Source: Amphiscolops sp. MND2022
Lineage: Eukaryota
Assembly (NCBI GenBank): GCA_964187785.1
Contig: OZ076409.1
Coordinates: 50,656,001-50,720,000, forward strand
Reading direction: 5' to 3'
Length of the DNA: 64,000 bases
Shown here: positions 14,022 through 24,600 of the stretch, in pieces
How positions within the stretch are numbered: the first letter of the stretch is position 1
Layout: the number at the start of each line of letters is the position of its first letter
Notes under the pieces: generated by a model
Told to the model about the DNA's origin: nothing
Database searches by the model: none
Seen by the model: the letters and a program-made list of their open reading frames with translations, nothing else
Translations under genes and position numbers: made by a program

Positions 14022-15360
14022 TGAGACTAAACCGGGTTGAAGAATTAAATTAATCAGGTCCGGAAAACAGTAATTGTTAACAGATTGTTATCAAGTTGAT
14101 TGTGAGGAGCTTTTCGAAATTGTGTCTACTCAAAGGAAGTAGCTCCTATATATACTCCCTTGGGTGGGAAAAGCATGGTAGTAACTTTAAAAAATGTCAT
14201 AACTACATTCCTAAAGCACCTGATCAGATCATATACATTCAAACATCAAAGTGCCGCTGAATTGTAGTAGCAAGGTCACGCGGCCGTTTAAATTCCTGCT
14301 TTGATAGGATTGAGAGGCATTCAAATAGCACGCGTTACTTCAAACAACATCTACTATAATATTTGCACTGCTGGTATTTGGGGAATGTCAGCTATCCCGT
14401 GCCGGCACGTGCCCCAGTAGTAAGCTAAACAAACTTACATCAAATAACGTTACATGCATAATACATCTACAAATTGCATGTGTTAATTGACAAATGAGAC
14501 CGGACTGGTCTTTCGGGCAAGTATTTGAAGCACCAACACACAACTGGTGTTAATCATATCAACCGATCTGGAGGACTACATAACTGTTTGTAACACACTC
14601 ATTACTGTACATGTCATTTAGAATGCACAAAACAATCATATTGACCATCTGAGTAATAAATTGAATGGGTGGCCTAAATCGGCCATTATCCGGATAGGTA
14701 TAGCATCAGGGGAGGGAAATTAGGCAAATGGCCTTATTTGGCTAAGCATCAGGGGAAATGAAACAAAACACTAATTATCCAACGTGATCATTTAACAAAC
14801 ACAGAAACGTAATTAAGCTACTTATTAATACAGTATAGCAGCGTCCACATCATTATCTTTTCATTAGCAACTTATGGCCGAAACCGGCCGTTTGACTCAA
14901 GTCCCGTTTAACAAAGGCGGAATTCAGTCATGTGGCCTTAACCGGCCATTAATTAAATACAGCACAAGTATTGTTCAAATGGATGAATGTGATTGGTTAG
15001 CACGACTGCAGTAAGTTATATCGCCGAGAAGGGACGTTTTCGCACTTGAACACGTTTCCTTCTCGCGATTAACTTGCTCTCTTATTGTTTGCTATAGCAT
15101 CAATACAACTTCGCAATTTAATTCAGCTATTACAACAACGAACTGATTTGGCTAATCCCAAATCGTAATATTAACAGACTAATTTGAACATCCAATATAA
15201 GTGATCAAATAAAATAAATACAAACAAAATACATGATGTAAACGGTTTCTAAAGTTTTAGCAGTTTTATTCTTAAAAAGTTGGCAGTGTTCCGGGTATGA
15301 CTTCTTGGTTGTTGCTTGTTGTCGTAATCATAGTGCCGTCACAGGCGGCAGCCTGCGACA
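13436..15360 (-). repeat. 3' LTR (1925 bp)
   Basis: Direct repeat of 27930..29854. No differences seen in spot checks, and ORF-track translations in the two copies match. Confidence 0.96.
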
Positions 15361-16057
15361 CTGCGGGTGTAAGGAAAAGAAACGAACCTGCATTCAACCC
15401 GTTTTCGTAGGCTTCCCTTCTCAGCTTTGTTATGAATTCTGGCTCATCTCTCGGTGTAGATCTGTCCATGTACCAATCCACTCGCTGTTTCTTGATCGCA
15501 TCTACTGAGCGGCCACAGACCATACATCCGGTATAACGTGTTTCGCTCACATTCTCGTACGGCTTCGTGTTTTGAATGTGATATGACGCCCTGAATGCAG
15601 AGTCAGCTACTACTAGCGGGGTATCCATAGACGGTCCTCTCTCGTGAGGGGGCGGTGATAGAGGTGACTCCACGACAGGAAGTAGAGTTTTGCAGAGCTC
15701 TATCCGAGATTTCCCTATCTTCCTCGGGGGAGCATAACACATTTCTCTATCAAAATATTTGTGATCCAACTTCGGGGTCACGCCCATCTGCGTCTGCCTG
15801 GAACTTGGGCCAGCTTCTGTATCTTCTTCTTCTTCTTCGGGTAATTCTACAGTCATAATGCGGCCCCCTATTAGCATGGGGCTGGATATTACCTCTTTCT
15901 CGATCCTGGCCACCAGTTGTTCCGTATCAGTGGAATAGTCGGTTTCCCAATCCGAGGCTTCGCTCTCACTACTAGATATGTAGATGACAGATTCGTTAGA
16001 TTCGTCAGAATCATAATCCATGTCGAATAATTTCCTTGCCAGGTTGTACTTGCTCAT
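15272..16057 (-). CDS. Accessory sense ORF of unknown function (261 aa) overlapping the 3' LTR
   Basis: ATG start, acidic/Ser-rich N-terminus, CMVC motif. Last 89 nt lie in the LTR. AATAAA directly after the stop (15265..15270). C-terminal peptide conserved in the diverged LTR at 63368. Confidence 0.75.
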   Translation of the reverse strand: MSKYNLARKLFDMDYDSDESNESVIYISSSESEASDWETDYSTDTEQLVARIEKEVISSPMLIGGRIMTVELPEEEEEDTEAGPSSRQTQMGVTPKLDHKYFDREMCYAPPRKIGKSRIELCKTLLPVVESPLSPPPHERGPSMDTPLVVADSAFRASYHIQNTKPYENVSETRYTGCMVCGRSVDAIKKQRVDWYMDRSTPRDEPEFITKLRREAYENGLNAGSFLFLTPAVSQAAACDGTMITTTSNNQEVIPGTLPTF

Positions 16058-17133
16058 AATGAGTTTTTTAGCTATTTTGAAGCTTGGGGAGGCAACTAGT
16101 CAGAATCAAAGCTTGAGAAAGAATGAATTCAACAAATTTGAGAATTTAGCCGACTCGGGCCTTTTCCCGACAATTCGTTTTTGGCGGTTGAATCTTCGGT
16201 AAATTACCCTAATCCGACATAAACATTCCTGAATGGAATTTCATAATTAGTCGGCCACCTTTGATATACCGATGTTTACCCGTCATCAACACCATCAGCT
16301 TAAGAGGTGTGAACGACGCTTGAGCTGCTAGCCTCAATTCTCTCCATCTCAAGTGGGTAATTAACGGGTCGCTTGAAGGCTATTAACGACACGCGCCGTT
16401 AAATTCTTTCAACATGGCTTCAGCCAATCAGAGTTAAGCTCTGATAAAATGAAAAATTAAGTAATAAAATGGCGAAAATAATAAATCAAAATAATTCAAA
16501 ATGGCGGAAATAACAATTTGAGTAACTATAATAACGGAAGTCCTAATTAGGCTAACAAACAAAACGGAACGAGGTAATACAGTGAAATGGGGTAAACGGC
16601 CGTAATTGGCCAATAATTCCATGAGTTGTAAATAATGAAATGATCTTAGTACATTTCGCTGGCAGACTCCATGTACAGAATAAATATGTAAATAATCCCA
16701 TAATATTAGTCTGGTAATAATCTTCAGCCACGAACTCCAATCCTTCAATTCTTTATTTTGAATTCCAATTCAATTCCTTTTATTTTAATTGCACTTTCTC
16801 TTCCATATTCATTCGATCGGTCTCCATCTACAAACTACCCTTTCTGTCTCTAATCTCTCCCGTCAGTCATCTCTTCCGAGTATCCCTGTTTCTCCCTTTA
16901 AGCTGGGTCCGGCCAATTTCCTTCGCGGCAGCAACCCGATTGGAACACTTCCCTTTTAGTCTCAGCTCAGAATGTCTTCAACTGAAGGTTGGTTTGTTTC
17001 TTTTTGAACTCAAATTTAACTTGATCAGGGCTAAATTCGTTCACAAAATGCTTCCTGTTTTCATCAATAAACGTGTGATAACACGTTTCGTTCAAATTTT
17101 CAAACACTTCCGGAAGTTTTCTAATGCGGTAAA

Positions 17134-20100
17134 ATGGATTTTTTCCAAGGAAGCTCACCGCCAAATTTCATCTCATTCTGTTTAGAAAACCAGAATAATG
17201 ACGAATCACAGATTCGAAACACCACTTCTTCAAACAATCTTGCCGAAGTTCCTCAACGCCCGCTCCCGATTACCATGCCAAGGCCTAGATCCGATCTAAT
17301 TGCTCCGTCTTCTCTACCTTCATCCAACATCCTTGCTATGTCAACAGCAGCGGTAACAGGAGGAGCCCAAGATACAGCCACTCCCTCTCCTTTCAGTGTC
17401 GACAGTGATTTTGATGTCACGGCGTACGCTGATGAGAAAGTTTTGCTTCTCGAACGGGCCCAGGGACAGGAAGAGAGACAAATTGCCAAAAGTTCTGAAC
17501 TCGGGGAACAGGAGGTTGAAGAGAGTGTCCCAGAAGGTTCACTCACGGTTGGGAACGAAATCCGATCTTCTACCTTGCCCTTCCAAACAAGCACTCCAAC
17601 CAAAGATTTGCCCAGTGAGTCTGCAAGGCTGGATTTATCGCAACTAGAAGCCGGTCTCACAGTTGCTCCATCTACCCAGACGGAATTGCCAGAATTGTTG
17701 ACAACTCGCGGAAATACTACCAACATGTCAGCAGCATCATTCCTCCACCATGAGACTGACGAAAGTTCGTCTATATGTGATGCCCCCAAATTGCCGACTG
17801 GAGTCGCGGACATAGTATATTTAGACGACATAACAGGGACTGAGGAAGCTGGTGACACATCCAGTCAGGCAAGTGGACCAGCTCTATACAGTTTCCAACC
17901 AGTGGGAGGCGCAGCAGAAACTGCAGGGGAGTCATCAGTTGACACTCCTATTCCTCATCCGGATAACTTGCGTCCGTCAACATCAACGTCTGCAGAGCAA
18001 GGTTCTGGCATCAGGGAGCTCTCTGGTCGCAGCCGGGCTATTTTAAAACAATACTTCGATCAGGATGCTACTACCATCAACTTCCCCCTTGGCCATAGAA
18101 CGGTGGCTTTCACTGAGCCGCAAGTGTACCATCTTTTGAGGGTCCTTACAGATGAAACCTTGAAGATGTCTTTCACTGCCATGGAACAGATGGTGATCGG
18201 GGCAGTTCGTGGAGCGCCGGTTACTTCCAGTTCTCGAACTGGTCATTTCCGAAACAGGCCAAGAGCCCAAACTCCCGGACCTGGACTTCATAGTGATTCC
18301 GAGGGCAGTTCGCATTCTGAAAATTTCCCTGAGTCAGGAACTGATACGTCTGCCGGGTCAAGTTCGGAACAAGAAGATAGAGGACTGGACTCTTCCAACA
18401 ACACTGATAGCTCTGGGGAGATGGCTCTAATTTCACAGGCTTTTAAGGAGCCTTTCAGACCTGCTTCAACTTCCTGTGGGACTACTCAAGATGATCCCCC
18501 TCAAGCAGGTTTCGAATCAGCAGATCAGTCTAGTCTTGATGCTACCCTTTCCGAGTTACGAACTCAAACTTCTCCTGCTCCGCCCTTAGCTTCGAGTTCG
18601 GGTAAAGCGCCAAAACGTAAGCAACGGAAACAGACTCGAGGTGTCCCTATGAAAGAGGAGTTCTTCTCTAAAATCGGATGGACACGCTCGTTCATTTCTG
18701 GACCAGCAGACCCGCTCCATAATCCTTATATGGTATGGTGCCATATATGTAAAAAGAATCTTTCTGTGAAGACGAAGGGCACTTTGGAAATTCTGCGGCA
18801 CCACAGGACGGAGAAGCACCCCCGAAAAGATCAAAGATGGCGTTACGAGCACCTCAAGAGTGTTCACCCCGTGTCCGGAAAGGTGCAACATCGAGTGAGA
18901 GGCCGCAATGGGAAGATTCTCTCAGAGATTGAGTTGGCCAAGGAGATGCGCCACTTTATGCACGTTGAGTTGGTGGACATCGGAGAACGTTTCCCTTTCT
19001 ATGACGATTTCATAAAAGGAACAACCACCACACTCGTCACCCCTGAATCAAGAGCTAAGACACAGATCCAACTTATTGGGAACTTCATACAGCAGCACGG
19101 GGATATTGGAATGCTCCGCAAATTGTGGTCCCAAATAGGCTCTTTGACTAACTATCAGTCCAGCTACTGTGACTTCGATTGGGGTGAAGAAAGAATTTCG
19201 GTAAGTTCTCTATTGGGTTTGTACACTGCTTGTGGTAGGCCAAAACCTTCCAAACATTTCGTAATTCTCCTTTTCCTTTTCAGGCCATCTTCCAGCACAT
19301 CTTCAATTGTGCAATGAACGATTTAGCAAACCAGATTGCTACCACACAGCACTTTGCCATCGAATTTGAGGATCAGGGTGTGAACAGACTCATGTCTGTC
19401 AAATTCTGGAAAGACAACACCCTCTGCCGAGTCTACGTGTGTCGAAGTGGGCTTCCTTCCTCTGACCTTACTGGAGAGTTGGGGTCCCTCTCTCGACTCC
19501 TCTCAGTAGTATCCACTAAAGCCGATATAGTCGCCTGTTCCGGATGTCCTGTCGAGCTGATTCAGACTATCGACAACAATGTTTTCTTCCCCCGGGCTGT
19601 CCAGAGTTGCTTTCGCTTCGAGCATCTGCAGCTCCAGAAGATGATGCACAAGCCCACTTTCAGTGTGTTTGGCAGAATAGACTTCTTCTCTGTTCTGAAG
19701 TGCCTCGTAGTTTCACTTGGAGCAGCTTCCAGTGAGGATTGGGCCCTGCAATCCCCTGAACTGGCACGAGTTAGTATATTAAGTTCAAACATGAAGCGTA
19801 AAGGGTTAGGGGGTAGGTTCGGGCAAAAGACAATTCGGGTTCATTTAGGCTATCGATACCTGCAAACTGGACTTGCCGAGTTTACCCAACCTCTGTCGGG
19901 AACTTGTAAAACATTGGAAGGCGATCCGGCAGTACCTGACGTCCCATACTCCACACCAGGGAATGCAGGGGGTCCACAATCAAGTGCAGAGCTTCGAGTG
20001 GTCTCTCATCTGCGACTCCTTCTTCACCGTCAAGTTGGAGTTCTTCCAACGCATAATCAGTGATTGTGAGTATACCGCTACATATCCATATTGGTACTAT

Positions 20101-21378
20101 AAGACATTATCAGAATGATCCTTGATCCTTGATTCCTCGGGCCACTAGCGCAGTAGGCATATCGGTATGGGTTTATGTAGACGTTTTGTTCTTTTCATGG
20201 TCTTGTCCTTTGTATTTCCAGATGTCGCCAGTTTCGTTGTCAATCTGTTGGGCCGACGAGATGCAACATTTTTCCTCTGTGGAGAAGTCTGCCGATTCAT
20301 CTCCAAGTTATGTGCCAGATGTTACTTGCCGGAAACCATCCCTCTCGAGAATTCGTGGTTCCTGCTCCTCAATTTCAACGTGAGCGACGGGAAGTTCATC
20401 AGCGAGGAGGAGTTCCTTGTCCGACACCGGCTGACAACTCGGATAGCTACTGCCAGCAAACAGTGTGCCGATGTTGTCCATTTGAACAAGAAATCGGAGA
20501 AAGCCGCCATTGAGAAGACAGCTGCAGAGACAACCAGCAGTTTCGTCAAAGAAGGACTGCAGTTTATTCAGTACTTGGTCAAGCAGGTCCTCAACCAAGC
20601 CGGTCTGAGCTCCGAGGTGATCAAGGGGTTGGCCGCCTTTGATCCTTCCGTCCTCTTCAAGAGGCCGAGTGAGGTCGGACTTCGTCATTTCGAGGTATTG
20701 TACTCGACCTTCCAGCTTCGCTCCTGGGTCTCCGGTGAGAATGAGAACATCTGTCGAGATGAGTATTTGGCTTTGTTAGATCACCTGCGAGTCAATTATC
20801 CTCCAGATTTCGATTTCAATGAAAATTCCCCCGACCTGATAGACTTTCTGATGCAACTCGAGTTTTTTCAAACTCATGAGCACATTTTCCATCTTTTCAA
20901 GCTGTGCTGCTTGTGTTTGACAGAACGAAGTCTCCAATATCCCCCAGTATCTTTCGGGAGTGTTAACACTTCTGGACACCGAGGCCGTTTTGCTGACCTT
21001 ATAGAGCCCTGTCAGAGTTACCTTTCTTGCGTGCCTGACTCCATTCTACATTGTTGTTCTGACGCTAATTTAGAAAAGCTTTCAGCCCTCAGTTCTTCCT
21101 TCGAGCGTTCCGCTTTCTCCCCCGACTATGATCCATGGACCTTTGTGGATGAGTTCGGGAGGTCCAAAATTTACAAGAGCCTTCTTGCCTCCTATAAGGT
21201 CGTCACTGCTGTTTCTCCCCCTCGGGCTGTTCATCTGGCGACAGGAATTGCCTCCTCCGTGCCGGACGATTCTGCCGTAAAGGTGCCCTCCAAGAAGCAA
21301 AGGAAGCGAGCAGGTAGCAGCAGTTCTACAATTTCGTCCACTTCCAAGAAGGCTGTTCAAGGGTCCTCTAAAGACTAA
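17134..21378 (+). CDS. Antisense four-exon accessory gene (~1308 aa): disordered N-terminus, BED/hAT-type zinc finger, decayed hAT-transposase-like region
   Basis: Exons 17134..19200, 19284..19769, 19849..20065, 20222..21378. Introns GTAAGT..TTTTCAG, GTTAGT..CATTTAG and GTGAGT..TTTCCAG (phases 0, 0, 1) join four ORFs into one 3927-nt frame. Motif VWCHICKKNLSVKTKGTLEILRHHRTEKH. Confidence 0.85.
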
Positions 21379-21610
21379 ATGTACATATGTATTTATGTAC
21401 TTTCAGACTGTAAACTTTGTTCATTTCTCTGTTTCATATTTATTTTCATTTTGTTCTCTGTTGTCTTGATTTTCTGATCCCGTATTTATTTCCTTGTAAG
21501 GGATCATTCAAATGTCCCATTATTTATTCAAGAAATACTGCTGCATGGGACCGAAAAGATAAAAAGAATGAAAAGAAGAGAATTCCCATTTTCGGGAAGA
21601 AATTCAATTC

Positions 21611-24600
21611 TTAGTATCTGAAGTCTTCTGAGTAGTTTGGATTTGGATTAGGCCTGAGATTATATTTCCCTCCTCTAGGGCTCAGACTTTCATTTCTAGC
21701 ATCTTTTTCAGATATTTCGGGCACGATAATATAATCCCCTCTTTTCGGAGAATTTTGTGCATCGTTGTCATTCGATGAATTTCTTTCTGGAGAATTTTCA
21801 TTCCCGTTTGGTCCATTTGCCATATCCGGCAAAGATTTTTCTTGGGTTTTTGGGGAAACGGCCGGATTCGGCCAATCAAATTCTTCGTTTCTAATAGCTC
21901 CAGTAGCTTCATTTCTTTTAGTGACGTCATCATTTAAGCGGTCATTCCGGCTGTGTGCCGTATTGTCATTATTCGTTTCTCGCGTGATTATATAATCCGC
22001 GTCACTCTCGTTTGCGTCATTGTTGATTTGTTCCGTACTCGGCTGTTCGCCGTTCGGTGAGTTGGCCGGAATAGGCTCGCTGCCTCGTGTGTCTATCTGT
22101 TCACCAAAGTTTGTTTCCCACGTTATTACATACAAGTCGTCTTGCGGAATGATTATTTCGTCATCCGGCTGTAGACGCTGTTCTCGGAAATTGTCCTCAA
22201 GTGGCTGATTTGGAACAAACTTTTTGAGACGAATTCGATGCAATATCTGCGTTTTATTTGTATTAAGCCTGCGGACAATGTAATTCTCGTTAGGTAAGGT
22301 CTTCTGGACTATAAATGGTCCAACCCAACGATAATCTTTGAATGGAATTTTTGATCCTTGATGATCCGCTTTCGGCTGTAATACAAAACAGTAATCGCCC
22401 TCTTTGAGTGGGGCGGCTTTTGCTTTTCGGTCATAATACTCCTTATATTTGATATATGACTGCATGATGTTCTGCTTAGTTTTGTCAATAAGGAGTTTTG
22501 TCCGGTTTTGGATTTCTTCTGCGAATTCAGTAGTCGGATGGATTTGCTCGTTTGGATTTGTTCCAAGCTTATGATCCAAGATGTTGTATGGGATTCTTCC
22601 ATGGAACACTCTTGTCGGTTCACATCCGATACTGGCATGGTAACTAGTATTGTGATTCAGAACTGCTAATGGCAAATATTTGTGCCATTGTCGGCGATAT
22701 TCTCCACATGCCATTTTCAAGTTTGTTTTCAATGAGGCATGTGTGCGCTCCAATTTCCCGATAGTTTGCGGGTGCTTTGTCGTTGCACATTTTAGGGTGA
22801 TTCCTAAAATTTGGGTAATTTCTGCAATAATCGTGGAAGTGAAGGCAGTTCCTTTGTCTGTAATGAGCGTTGTCGGTAAGTAGGAATGTTTGGTCATAAT
22901 GTCAATGAGTGCTTTGGCTACATTGATCGCTGATGCGTCCGTGAGAGGGTAAGCGAATAAATATCTAGAGAAAACATCAATTGCCGTTAGGACATTTTCA
23001 TACCCTCCGCTTGGGGGAAGATTCGGCAATAGGTCAATTTGCATGGCGTCTTCAGGTCCAAGGTCCCATTCGGGCAAATTTAGTAGTTCAGGCGTGATCG
23101 TTGCATTAGGGACTCTTTTGTCTCTGGCGCATTGCTCACACCCTTCTACCCACTTTTTGACATGTTTTGCCATGTTGGGATAATAATACCTTTGTCTGAT
23201 TTCCTGCAACATTTTTGAAATCCCGGGATGTTTATGCGCTGTCCCGTGAAGGGAGTGGAGCAGTTCCCGAAGTAGGTGTTGCGGGAGCAAAATTTGATGG
23301 TATTTAACATTCCCTGTTTCATCAAAATATTGCCGTGTTAGGATTTCGTCCTTTAGTACAATTCGTTCCAGATTATTTGCATAGTGTCTATATCGAGCGT
23401 CCTGTTGCAGTATGTTTTCTGAGTAGTCTTCGTGAAGGAGTTTTGCCTTCAATTGTTGTAATACTGCATCCTTGGATTGCTCGATAATTATCTGGTTTGT
23501 TTTCCTCAATCGGTCTTGTATTTCAGGTTGTTGTTTGGTTAAGTTGGTGGAAAGAGTTTGTATTGTAACTGTAGGGTCTTCGATTACAGGATTGTTCCTG
23601 ATTGCTTCTTTCCTCGCCCAATATTGTTCTTCGGTCTCGTCGTCGTCATTGGTGTAGAAGATTTGTTCTTCCTGTGAGACTCCTGCTGATTGGACGTTTA
23701 TTTCTATTGGTAGCGTTTGTACATCTTCTCGGATTTTCATTACTAATTTGTCCTTTGGGTCTGCTTCCAGTCGGGACAAGTAATCCGCTGCCGTATTCTG
23801 TGCTCCTGGGATGTGTGCAATGACAAAATTGAACTGAATTACATAGTCGCATGCGTTCCACAGAGCTGGGGGTACGATTTTCGTCTGAAAGAATCTCGTT
23901 ACGGCTTTGTTGTCGGTTAGAATTATGACCGGTTTCGGTGCTCCCCAAAAAATATGCCCAAATTCTTTGAATGCGAAATAAATCGCACGAAATTCTTTTG
24001 CATAAATTGACATTTTTATCTGGGCTGGGGTGAAGGTTTTTGAACCATAAGCGACCGGTGCATATGATTTGCGGATTGACGTGAATTTCTGACTCGGATC
24101 ATCTTCAATGAGTACTGCGTATCCTGCAGCTCCAAAGCTTGCATCTGTCATGAGTGCAATCTGCTTGTTGGGAATGGGTTGTTGTAAGGCTAAGTCGCAA
24201 CATTTGTCCAGAGCTCGGTTGATTTCCTCAAATTGCTGTACCAATTCTTTTGATACTAGGACTTTTTCGTCACTTTTCAGCATCTTGTAGAATGGGGCAA
24301 GGCGTTCGGACAGTCTTGGAACGTAGTTTCGGTAGTAGTTCAGGAAACCCAAATATCTTTGCAATGCCTTTTTCGACTTTGGAAATTTGGTTTTTTCTAG
24401 AAAATTCTGAACGTTCTGTCGTTGAGGTTTGACGCCTTGTGGAGTAATCGTTCGTCCAAGGAAATCAATTTCACGGGCACCAAAATGACACTTGTGCATC
24501 GTCAATTTAAGGCCTGCTTTCTGAATGCATTTGAAAGTTGCTCTTAGGTTAGCAATGAGATGGTCGGCGTCGTTGGCGGCGATGCCGATATCGTCCACAT

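Noticed and set aside
13436..15360. Assembly duplication or tandem gag fragment
   Set aside because: TG..CA ends, equal 1925-bp length, PBS and a perfect 5-bp TSD identify true LTRs.
15272..21378. env gene in the post-pol region
   Set aside because: No signal peptide / furin site / TM anchor arrangement seen, and the large gene is antisense. The hydrophobic start of ORF 20167 lies in predicted intron 3.
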